A stretch of 62,884 nucleotides of DNA, from assembly GCA_001776935.1 (NCBI GenBank), contig MFDN01000003.1:1-62884 (forward strand), given 5' to 3'. Below the pieces are notes generated by a model, which worked only from the letters and a program-made list of their open reading frames with translations, had not been told where the DNA came from and did no database searches. This document shows, in pieces, positions 29,057 to 37,112 of this stretch. A program made the translations under genes and the position numbers. The DNA is from Candidatus Daviesbacteria bacterium RIFCSPLOWO2_01_FULL_39_23 (lineage in GTDB: Bacteria; Patescibacteriota; Microgenomatia; Daviesbacterales; UBA10151). The number at the start of each line of letters is the position of its first letter. Position 1 is the first letter of the stretch.

Positions 29057-29631
29057 ATTTAAAAAACCGGGGACTAACCTTAATAGAAATTTTGGTGGCT
29101 ATGGGGATTGCGACAGTTGCCGGAATGCTGCTTCTTGTAATTATAGTAAACAGCGCCGGATTGTTTCAGGGACAATCGTCAAAAGTACAGACCGGCCTGA
29201 ATGTTAATGACGCTCTCTCTAAAATCCGGGCAAGCGCAAAGCAGGCGAGCGCTATAGCCAACTCTTATACCGACGGTCAAACTGTATATACAACCGGCTC
29301 AGACCAGCTTGTTTTAAAAGTCGCATCTGTTGACGGGGAAGGCAATATTATCGAGAATTTATCTGATTATTTTGTGTTTTTTAAAGATCAAAGCTATTTG
29401 CGTTTTAAAGTGTTTCCGGATCCTTCAAGCTTTAGAAAAGTTAGTAATGAGGTGCTTACTGCTTCTTTGGAAAGTGTGGTTTTTAATTACTTCAACCTGG
29501 ATAATCCCCCGCTTGAGGTAAATCCCTCCCAGGCTTCCAAAGTGCGTATTAGTATAAGTTTAAGACAAAGAATTGGAACCAGAGTTGAAATTAATACTGC
29601 AACATCGGAGGCAAATTTGAGAAATGATTAA
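29029..29631 (+). CDS. minor pilin-like protein
   Basis: Leader encoded by the heptamer repeat, then NLKNRG|LTLIEILVAMGIATVAG. Confidence 0.75.
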   Translation: MQSAKCKVQNLKNRGLTLIEILVAMGIATVAGMLLLVIIVNSAGLFQGQSSKVQTGLNVNDALSKIRASAKQASAIANSYTDGQTVYTTGSDQLVLKVASVDGEGNIIENLSDYFVFFKDQSYLRFKVFPDPSSFRKVSNEVLTASLESVVFNYFNLDNPPLEVNPSQASKVRISISLRQRIGTRVEINTATSEANLRND

Positions 29632-31441
29632 GGATCAGTCAGGGCAAATTATAATACTCGCTTTTATTGCCCTGGGAGTCATGCTTTTTACCGTACTTTT
29701 TATAATCGGCGGCGCACAACTTTATTTCCAAAATGCCTCATATTCAGCAAATGCAGAGAAAGCAATAGCAATAGCCGAGGCAGGGGTGGATAAAGCCATA
29801 GCATCACTTAATAAAACAGGAGGAAGTTATACAGATGAATCAACTATACTTGGTGACGGGGCATATTCAGTGACAGTTACTAACAAGGATGCTATCACCA
29901 AAGTGATTGAATCTACAGGTTTTATTCCGGATAAGAACAATCCGAAGGTTAAAAGAACCGTTAAAATCAACGCCTTAAGAGGGACAGGTGTATCCTTTAA
30001 TTACGGACTTCAGGTAGGAGAAGGCGGACTGGAGCTGGGTAACGGAAACATTATTAAAGGTTCAATATATTCAAACGGCAGTATTATTATGGGTAATGTT
30101 AATGAAATTACAGGAGATGCCTGGGTGGCTGCAGGTGTTTCTCCAACAGCTAACCAACAGGCAGACTGTCAGGTGTGCGCTGAGTTTGTTTTTGGCAAAA
30201 TTATCGACGGGCAAACCAGACTGGATATTGCTCAGAGCTTTAAACCTTCTATAACCGATAAGATCAGGAAAGTTGCCCTAAAGGTTAAAAAAACAGGACC
30301 GGGTCCGCACGCTGATCCGATAGTCAGGATTATGGGTGATGATAATGGTAAGCCTAAAAGAAATGAAGTGCTGGCTACAGGAGTTTTAAATAATCTGCTT
30401 GTTACCGGAGACCCCGGTTTTATTGATGTAACTTTTTTCACTAATCCTACTTTAATAGCAGAAACTACTTACTGGATAATGATAGATACCTCAGCAAATA
30501 ACACCAATTACTGGGTTTGGCAAAATGACACCGCAGCCAGCTACAACAGAGGACAGCCTAAGTGGTCTGCTGACTGGGGAGCCGGCAACCCTGTCTGGAA
30601 TGATTTAACCGGGGGTCCTAATTTGAATGATTTCAGCTTTAATATCTATATGGGCGGGACTATAAATTCTATTACTTCCGGCAATAACTCTAAGGTTTTG
30701 GGGGATGTTCATGCGAACACAATAAACGGATTGACAATACAAAAAGAGGCATATTATCAGGCAATCGCCAATTCAACAGTCGGCGGAAGTGCTTGTCCGA
30801 ATCCAAAATGTCACCCCGGTTCAGAAGATCCTGCTCCGCAGGCTTTCCCCATATCTGAAGCAAACATAAACAGTTGGAAAAGCGGGGCTGAGTCGGCCGG
30901 TCCGCTTCCTTCACCAACCTGTGGATCGCCGGTAGCCTGGGGGCCGGGTAAATATAGCGGAAACCTGATACTGGGTAGTTCCTGTTCCATAAAAGTTAAG
31001 ACTCCTGTATGGATAACAGGAAACCTTACTTTGGAGAACGGTAATAGCTTTATTTTGGACTCATCCTATGGCAGTACCTCAGGGGTGATTATTTTAGGGA
31101 CGGATGGAACTCAGGGGTATGCCACCATGGGTAATCAAAATAAAATTTTGGGTACTGGCGAAGGTAGCAGTATTCTGGTCCTTTTAACAACATATGATTC
31201 AAGAGTGAACCAACAAACTGCTATTACTATAGGTAATGTCGGGAATTCAGGAGTGTTTTACGCTGATAAAGGGATTATTGATCCGGGGAATAGCAACAAG
31301 TTTAAAGAGCTGACAGCCTGGAAAATAACCCTCACCAATGATTCAATCATAGATTATGAAACTGGATTGGCTTCAACGCTTTTTTCATCAGGGCCGCAAG
31401 GTTCATATTCTTTGGTTAAAGGAACATATCAGGTAAAATAA
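29624..31441 (+). CDS. large PilX_N-type pilus-associated protein (candidate tip/adhesin)
   Basis: 605 aa; N-terminus SGQIIILAFIALGVMLFTVLFIIGG...AEAGVDKAI, then Gly/Asn-rich repeats such as GNGNIIKGSIYSNGSIIMGNVNEITGDA. Confidence 0.6.
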   Translation: MIKDQSGQIIILAFIALGVMLFTVLFIIGGAQLYFQNASYSANAEKAIAIAEAGVDKAIASLNKTGGSYTDESTILGDGAYSVTVTNKDAITKVIESTGFIPDKNNPKVKRTVKINALRGTGVSFNYGLQVGEGGLELGNGNIIKGSIYSNGSIIMGNVNEITGDAWVAAGVSPTANQQADCQVCAEFVFGKIIDGQTRLDIAQSFKPSITDKIRKVALKVKKTGPGPHADPIVRIMGDDNGKPKRNEVLATGVLNNLLVTGDPGFIDVTFFTNPTLIAETTYWIMIDTSANNTNYWVWQNDTAASYNRGQPKWSADWGAGNPVWNDLTGGPNLNDFSFNIYMGGTINSITSGNNSKVLGDVHANTINGLTIQKEAYYQAIANSTVGGSACPNPKCHPGSEDPAPQAFPISEANINSWKSGAESAGPLPSPTCGSPVAWGPGKYSGNLILGSSCSIKVKTPVWITGNLTLENGNSFILDSSYGSTSGVIILGTDGTQGYATMGNQNKILGTGEGSSILVLLTTYDSRVNQQTAITIGNVGNSGVFYADKGIIDPGNSNKFKELTAWKITLTNDSIIDYETGLASTLFSSGPQGSYSLVKGTYQVK

Positions 31442-31443
31442 GG

Positions 31444-31470
31444 GTTTAGGGTATAGCGTTTAGGGTATAG
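31444..31470 (+). repeat. tandem word repeat GTTTAGGGTATAG x2
   Basis: Two 13-nt copies separated by 1 nt, directly after stop 31441. Confidence 0.8.
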
Positions 31471-31535
31471 TTTGTTCTAAAATAATTTTAGGACTGGTTA
31501 TTAGACTTGATATCTAGTATCTGGTTGCTGCTCAT

Positions 31536-32573
31536 ATGTCCAAGATATCAGTTGGTTTAGATATAGGCTTTTCTTCTATTAAAGTTGTTTCTTTATTAAA
31601 AGATAATGATAATTTCAAGCTTGTTTCGCTGGGGTCTATCCCCTCTCCCAGGCCGGGCATAATATCTGACTCTGATACTGATTTGGAGACTTTGGCAAAT
31701 TCCATAAAACAGCTTTTTGCCGCAACAAAGATCGATACGAAGGAAGTTATTGTTGCCTTGCCTGAATCGAAAGTTTTTACCAGAGTTATTGATGAGCTGC
31801 CCTATCTGACTGATAATGAACTGTCCTCTGCTATCCGTTATACGGCAGAAGAATTTATCCCTATGCCTCTTGCAGATGTGAATTTAAACTGGCAGGTATT
31901 AATCAGGTCAAATGTAAAAGGCGGGGATGCAAAGACGGTGGTACTCGTAATCGCCTCTCCCAAACATGTGGTTTCCAAATATGTCCATGTTTTGGATCTT
32001 GCGGGACTCCACCCGAGAGCTTTAGAAACAGAGACTATTGCTGTTACGCGGTCTTTAGCAGGCAGCAATCCTTTTTCTCCCAGCACAATGATTATGCAGT
32101 TTGGCGCTACAACAACAGATTTTGCAGCAGTATCTAAAGGCTTGATTTGGCTGACGCGTTCGATTTCTACCGGCGGCATGGCTCTTACCCGGTCCCTGGC
32201 TCAGCATTTTAATTTTGAAGCAAATCAGGCAGAACAGTATAAAAAGATTTACGGTTTAATGGAAGATCAGCTGGAGGGAAAAGTTTTTGAAGCGCTCAAG
32301 CCAATAATTGACATTATTGCCGAAGAGGGTAAAAGGATGATCCGGGCTTTTGAAACAAAATACCCTCAAAACCCCATCAAAAGAGTAGTTTTATCAGGTG
32401 GAGGAGCAAAAATGCCGGGATTTGTTATCTACCTTGCAAATGCTTTCGGGCTTGAGGTTCAGGAAGCTGATCCCTGGTATTCCATTGTCAAAGATAAAGA
32501 ATCGGCTTCGCGTCTTGTGCAGGATGCTCCGTCTTATTCTGTAGCTGTAGGCTTGGCTTTAAGGGAAGACTGA
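31536..32573 (+). CDS. pilM: type IV pilus assembly protein PilM (actin-like ATPase)
   Basis: 345 aa; VGLDIGFSSIKVV N-terminus, position before pilN/pilO. Confidence 0.85.
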   Translation: MSKISVGLDIGFSSIKVVSLLKDNDNFKLVSLGSIPSPRPGIISDSDTDLETLANSIKQLFAATKIDTKEVIVALPESKVFTRVIDELPYLTDNELSSAIRYTAEEFIPMPLADVNLNWQVLIRSNVKGGDAKTVVLVIASPKHVVSKYVHVLDLAGLHPRALETETIAVTRSLAGSNPFSPSTMIMQFGATTTDFAAVSKGLIWLTRSISTGGMALTRSLAQHFNFEANQAEQYKKIYGLMEDQLEGKVFEALKPIIDIIAEEGKRMIRAFETKYPQNPIKRVVLSGGGAKMPGFVIYLANAFGLEVQEADPWYSIVKDKESASRLVQDAPSYSVAVGLALRED

Positions 32574-32575
32574 AA

Positions 32576-33121
32576 ATGTCAAAAATATCTATCAATCTGC
32601 TTCCTCCGGAAATTCTGGCGCAGGAAGTAAAAAAAGCAAGATTTTATAAAATTCAGGCAGCGGGCGTGGGCGTTGTATTAGTTCTTGTTTTTCTCACTTC
32701 CCTGACCTTAGCTCTGCGTATTTTACAAAGCAGGAATATTTCTGAAGTGCAGGTAAAATTGGCTAAAGCTGAACAAAGAATCTCGGATTTAAAAAGCACG
32801 GAAACTTCTTTAATGCTGCTAAAAAATAGGTTGATGGTGGTAAACCAGTACTTTGGTGTGTCTTCCCAGCAGACTGAAATGTATAAATTGATTGAGAAAT
32901 TAACGCCCTTATCTGTGGCGGTGAATTCAATCACTGTTGGCAAAGGAGGAGATGTGACCCTTCAGGCATTTGTATCCGATCCTGTAAGCCTGGATGAATT
33001 TGTAAATAATTTGACTTCTGTAGAATGGAATGAAAATAAGATCAGTCAGGTTTCGGTGGATAATCTTAACAGAGGGAGAGATGGGGTTTTCCGTATCAGT
33101 TTAAAAATAACTTCCCAATAG
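32576..33121 (+). CDS. pilN: PilN-like bitopic protein
   Basis: INLLPPE N-terminal motif, single TM, coiled coil. Confidence 0.8.
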   Translation: MSKISINLLPPEILAQEVKKARFYKIQAAGVGVVLVLVFLTSLTLALRILQSRNISEVQVKLAKAEQRISDLKSTETSLMLLKNRLMVVNQYFGVSSQQTEMYKLIEKLTPLSVAVNSITVGKGGDVTLQAFVSDPVSLDEFVNNLTSVEWNENKISQVSVDNLNRGRDGVFRISLKITSQ

Positions 33122-33122
33122 T

Positions 33123-33818
33123 ATGAAGAAAGAAATAAGTAAATTTTATCAAACCTATAAGCTGTTTATTTTTCCTTCTGCTGTTGCGCTTTCAAGCTTG
33201 TTTTTAATTGCATTTGCAATAATACCCCAGACAATTAAATTAATGGATAATCAGAAAGCAGCGCAGGAGTATATGAATAAGTCTAATTTATTGGAGGCAA
33301 AAGCGCAGACTTTAGAAGACTATAACGGAGAAGATCTATCTCAAAAAATACAAATTGTAATGGGGGCTTTACCCGAAGATAAGGATTTTGGAAGTATTTT
33401 GGGCATACTTCAGCAGGCAACAGCAGAGTCAGGTTATATTATCAGTTCAATATCTTTTGGTCATGCCGGTAAATTAGGGAATGCAGAAAGTTATGAGGTA
33501 AGGTTGACTGTTAAAGGTGCTAAAGATTTACTTAAGCTCTTAATAAATAATTTGGAAAATGCGCCGCGTCTTGTCAGGATTAATTCGATGGATGTTGGGT
33601 CGGTTCAGAGTGCCGGAGGAGCAGATATATCTTTAATATTGGAAGTTTTGTATTCGCGTCTGCCCAGCGCTCTCGGATCCATAGACTCAGCTTTGCCGTC
33701 CCTTACTCAAAAAGACGAAGAAGTTTTAAACACTCTTGAAAGGATAAGTCAAAAAGCTCCGACAACTTCATCTTCCTTTGTCCAATCCCCACGGGGTAAA
33801 ACTAATCCTTTTGAGTGA
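33123..33818 (+). CDS. pilO: PilO-like bitopic protein
   Basis: Single N-terminal TM, coiled coil, position after pilN. Confidence 0.65.
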   Translation: MKKEISKFYQTYKLFIFPSAVALSSLFLIAFAIIPQTIKLMDNQKAAQEYMNKSNLLEAKAQTLEDYNGEDLSQKIQIVMGALPEDKDFGSILGILQQATAESGYIISSISFGHAGKLGNAESYEVRLTVKGAKDLLKLLINNLENAPRLVRINSMDVGSVQSAGGADISLILEVLYSRLPSALGSIDSALPSLTQKDEEVLNTLERISQKAPTTSSSFVQSPRGKTNPFE

Positions 33819-34638
33819 TTTTTGCTTTATCTCGATAAAATCCCGACTGCGAAGTCGAGGGTTTTCCAAAACCGGACGAAGTCCGATCGAGAGAAGATAC
33901 CCCGACCGTTAGGTCGTGGGTAGATTCATTTGCTAAATCAGGCCTGACTTTTTTAGTTTTTTCAAGTGATTTTTTTAACCGCCATTTTTTTATTTCTGCA
34001 TGGTTTCCGGAAAGTAAAACTTGGGGTACTTTTTTACCTTCGAATTCTTCGGGTCTTGTGTAATGCGGGTACTCCAATAAATTTTCGGAAAATGATTCAT
34101 CTTGTATGGCTTCGGGTTTTTCCAGTACACCGGGAATAAGTCTTGTAATTGAATCAACTATTGCCATAGCTGGGATCTCGCCGCCCGTTAAGACATAATC
34201 TCCAATGGAGATTTCCTCGTCAACGTAATTTTCTATAAACCGCTGGTCAACCCCTTCGTAATGGCCGCAGACAATGATTAGATGGGCAAGTTTTGATAAC
34301 TTCCGGGCTTGCGCCTGCTTGTAGGGTTTTCCAGATGCTGAAGTAAGGATTGTGTACGGCTTTTTGCTTTTAGCTGTTAGCTTTTGGCTGCGAATAGCTA
34401 AAAGCGAATTGCTAATAGCCCGTTTTAATGCTTTTGCCAAAATATCTGCCCGCAAAATCATCCCTGCTCCCCCGCTGTACGGCCTATCGTCAACTATCTG
34501 ATGTTTGCCTTCTCCAAAATCCCGGAGGTTTATAAGTTCAAATTCGACAAGACCTTTTTTTTGAGCTCTTTTTAAGATAGAAGAATTTAAAATGGGTTCA
34601 AAGACTTGGGGAAAAAGAGTGATAATGGAAATCTTCAT
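33802..34638 (-). CDS. trmD: tRNA (guanine37-N1)-methyltransferase with internal insert and ~40-aa C-terminal extension
   Basis: MKISIITLFPQVFEPIL, DDRPYSGGAGMIL, GHYEGVDQR, IGDYVLTGGE. Confidence 0.9.
   Translation of the reverse strand: MKISIITLFPQVFEPILNSSILKRAQKKGLVEFELINLRDFGEGKHQIVDDRPYSGGAGMILRADILAKALKRAISNSLLAIRSQKLTAKSKKPYTILTSASGKPYKQAQARKLSKLAHLIIVCGHYEGVDQRFIENYVDEEISIGDYVLTGGEIPAMAIVDSITRLIPGVLEKPEAIQDESFSENLLEYPHYTRPEEFEGKKVPQVLLSGNHAEIKKWRLKKSLEKTKKVRPDLANESTHDLTVGVSSLDRTSSGFGKPSTSQSGFYRDKAKITQKD
33844..33916. repeat. three GC-rich mini hairpins (CGACT-GCGA-AGTCG, CGGAC-GAA-GTCCG, CGACC-GTTA-GGTCG)
   Basis: Read directly at 33844-33857, 33873-33885, 33903-33916; they encode the trmD tail. 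Confidence 0.6.
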
Positions 34639-34673
34639 TAGAGTCTAGTTACCGGATTCCGGAATCACAGAGA

Positions 34674-34970
34674 TTAAGCAGTCAATTTTTCGCTAGAATC
34701 TTGATTCTCGGCTCCCGGCTCTTTTTGAGGTTCTGTAAGCTGAAGGTTCACCCTGACATTTTCAGCAATGGCCCTGACTGTCAGGAGTTTTCTGATTGCC
34801 CTTATTGTTTGCCCGTTTTTACCGATAATGATTCCCATGTCTGAAGGGTCAACTGTTAAGTTTAAATCCAAATTACCTTCGTTTTCAGTTTCGTCAACAA
34901 TAACAGCTTCCGGTTTGGTAACGAGGTTTTTAACAATAAAATCAAGAAGGTCTTTCATCTTTTTTCTCAC
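34674..34970 (-). CDS. KH-domain RNA-binding protein (YlqC/UPF0109-like)
   Basis: IIGKNGQTIRAIRKLL KH core; conserved rpsP-KH-trmD neighbourhood. Confidence 0.8.
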   Translation of the reverse strand: MRKKMKDLLDFIVKNLVTKPEAVIVDETENEGNLDLNLTVDPSDMGIIIGKNGQTIRAIRKLLTVRAIAENVRVNLQLTEPQKEPGAENQDSSEKLTA

Positions 34971-35463
34971 TTTCTTCTACAGCTGGTTCCTCTTTAGTTG
35001 CCGGCTCACTAGTTTGCGGTTGGGAAGTTTCACTCTGAGCCTCAGTGCCGGCTTGTTGAGATGCAGATTCAGTGGGTGTTTGCGTGGTCGGAGTTTCAGC
35101 AGTATCAGCAACTTTTTCTTCCGGTTGAGCTGATGGCTCTGCTTTTTTCTCCCCGCCTGCATCGCTTTGTCCACTCGCGTCACTATGCGAAACATTGCGG
35201 GCAGGTTTCTTTGGTTTTCTTGGAAGTCTTTGAGGTGCCTGACCAATTATACGTAAAAATCCGGTGCTTTTAACAGCTCCTTGTTTCACCCAGTAATCAA
35301 TTCTGTCTTGAATTAATTTAATTTCTTTTGGTTCTGTTAATGGATTATAAGTACCCAATAGTTCAATATAAGCGCCTGTTCTTTTGGCGCGCTCATCCAC
35401 GGCAACCACCCGGTAAAAGGGCTTTTTCTTTGTTCCAATTCTCATCAAACGAATTTTAAGCAT
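34942..35463 (-). CDS. rpsP: 30S ribosomal protein S16 with long acidic/Pro-Thr-rich C-terminal extension
   Basis: MLKIRLMRIGTKKKPFYRVVAVD...YWVKQGA core, then ~95 low-complexity residues. Confidence 0.9.
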   Translation of the reverse strand: MLKIRLMRIGTKKKPFYRVVAVDERAKRTGAYIELLGTYNPLTEPKEIKLIQDRIDYWVKQGAVKSTGFLRIIGQAPQRLPRKPKKPARNVSHSDASGQSDAGGEKKAEPSAQPEEKVADTAETPTTQTPTESASQQAGTEAQSETSQPQTSEPATKEEPAVEESEKKDERPS

Positions 35464-35515
35464 GGGGACTAGTATATCTGATATTAACCTGCTTCGCAAG
35501 GAGAGATCTTGGAGC

Positions 35516-36211
35516 TTATTTTGAGGTCAGATGTCCTAGGGTTTGGGTGGCTGCCTGCTCTTCTGCTATTTGTTTACTGGTGCCTTCGCCCCGGCCCATT
35601 TCCCGGCCTCCAACAAAACAGGCAACGGTAAAGCGCTTGGCATGATCCGGGCCTGCGGTTTTCAGAATTTTATAGTAGGGCGAAGTTTTGAACTTTTGTT
35701 GTGCTATTTCCTGCAAAGAAGATTTTGCATCTTTTGGGGGTCCCATTTTTAATTCTTTTTCAAATAAAGATAATAGTGTTTTATAAATAACTTCTTTTGT
35801 AACTTCCAGTCCCTGATCTAAATATAAACTGCCTAAAAGCGCCTCATAAGTATTTGCAAGTATTTGCGGGTTATTCCTTCCCCCGGATATTTCTTCTCCT
35901 TTGGATAAGCTTAAATATTTCCCTAAGTTTAATTTTTTTGCGGCTTCGGCCAAAGATTCTGTCCGTACTATATGGGCCCGCAGGTTGGTCAGTTCGCCTT
36001 CGGTATCAGAAGTCCTTAAGGAAAAAAGATAGGATGAGACTACTAAGGATAGTACTGAATCTCCTAAAAACTCCAACCGCTCATTTGACTCTAAGACTAT
36101 TTTAACCTCATTCAAATATGACCTGTGCAAGAAAGCTCTGTTTAAGATCTGAGGATTGTTAAATTTTACATTGAGCAGTTTAAGGAGGTCTGCGAAATCT
36201 TGTGTTGACAT
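35516..36211 (-). CDS. rnc: ribonuclease III
   Basis: ERLEFLGDSVL signature and C-terminal dsRBD (AKSSLQEIAQ...HAKRFTV). Confidence 0.9.
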   Translation of the reverse strand: MSTQDFADLLKLLNVKFNNPQILNRAFLHRSYLNEVKIVLESNERLEFLGDSVLSLVVSSYLFSLRTSDTEGELTNLRAHIVRTESLAEAAKKLNLGKYLSLSKGEEISGGRNNPQILANTYEALLGSLYLDQGLEVTKEVIYKTLLSLFEKELKMGPPKDAKSSLQEIAQQKFKTSPYYKILKTAGPDHAKRFTVACFVGGREMGRGEGTSKQIAEEQAATQTLGHLTSK

Positions 36212-36447
36212 TAATCTAATAAATTATCTTCAATTAGGACAATTAAATCATCAATTTTCCGTAAGCCTTCTATATCAGAGCTGTCGAAAGACACATCAAA
36301 TTTTTGGGATAAATCAACCAGCAGGTCGTTTAATTCAATCGGCCCCAAATCTAATTCTTCACGGAGCAGGGCATGACGGTCTAAATCCTCCACAGAGACG
36401 CCCAAATGTTCTGCTATTGCCTGTATTATTTGTTTTTCTGTTGTCAT
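36211..36447 (-). CDS. acyl-carrier-protein-like protein lacking the phosphopantetheine Ser
   Basis: 78 aa, aligns by eye to ACP (IAEHLGV...ELDLGPIELNDLLVDLSQKFDV), but DLGxDSL is DLGPIEL. Confidence 0.55.
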   Translation of the reverse strand: MTTEKQIIQAIAEHLGVSVEDLDRHALLREELDLGPIELNDLLVDLSQKFDVSFDSSDIEGLRKIDDLIVLIEDNLLD

Positions 36448-36452
36448 TTTAC

Positions 36453-36821
36453 TTAATCGGTTTTGATCTTTTCCAATTGTATTAATTTTCCTAAGGCTCC
36501 GTTAATAAAAGCAGCTGAGGAATCAGAACCATATTCTTTACCAAGTTCCACAGCCTCGTCTATCACCACTTTTGGCGGAACCCCTTTCTCTATTATTAAC
36601 TCAAAAACTGCAAGACGCAAGATAGCTAAATCAATTCTATTAATTTCCGAGATCGGCCGGTCCGGAGCAGACTTTGATATCAACTCATCAATATCACTAA
36701 GGTTTGAAACAACTGGTCTGATCTTGATGGTTGGTTTCCGGTCAGTTTTAAACTGCCAGGAGAAAAGGTCCTGCATGAGTTCAGCTCTTTTTTTGTGCCG
36801 CGGGTCGGATTTTTTCTTCAT
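36453..36821 (-). CDS. nusB: transcription antitermination factor NusB
   Basis: 122 aa; SDPRHKKRAELMQDLF N-terminus, ILRLAVFELI, AFINGALGK. Confidence 0.8.
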   Translation of the reverse strand: MKKKSDPRHKKRAELMQDLFSWQFKTDRKPTIKIRPVVSNLSDIDELISKSAPDRPISEINRIDLAILRLAVFELIIEKGVPPKVVIDEAVELGKEYGSDSSAAFINGALGKLIQLEKIKTD

Positions 36822-36904
36822 GATTTTGGACTAATCAGCACTAACCTCTTTTGTTTATTTCTCTTGCCGAATTGTCCACTACGACCTCTTGCCCGTTTAA
36901 GAAG

Positions 36905-37102
36905 TTAAGCCCTTATTACCTCCGCTGTTTTTGGGGTTTTAATCTTTTTCCCTCCATAAAAACCACAATACTTGCATACTACATGCGGCAGTGTCAATTT
37001 ACTGCAGCTTTTACAGGTTACTAAATTAACCGACAATTTTATAGCGGCTCTTCTTACGCGTTTTCTGGTTTTAGAATGTCTTCTTTTTGGTTCTCCAGCC
37101 AT
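36905..37102 (-). CDS. rpmF: 50S ribosomal protein L32
   Basis: MAGEPKRRHSKTRKRVRRA and CKSC...CKYC zinc ribbon. Confidence 0.9.
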   Translation of the reverse strand: MAGEPKRRHSKTRKRVRRAAIKLSVNLVTCKSCSKLTLPHVVCKYCGFYGGKKIKTPKTAEVIRA

Positions 37103-37112
37103 TTTATTTTGG

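Noticed and set aside
17414-33818. Absence of a PilQ secretin considered as an assembly gap or missed gene
   Set aside because: The locus is continuous, with tight gene spacing and no unassigned ORF of secretin size. Absence fits a monoderm-type envelope.
34977-35273. Alternative-frame ORFs within the S16 tail region (34977-35246, 35061-35273, 34768-35133)
   Set aside because: They overlap the rpsP and KH genes in low-complexity sequence. There is no independent support.
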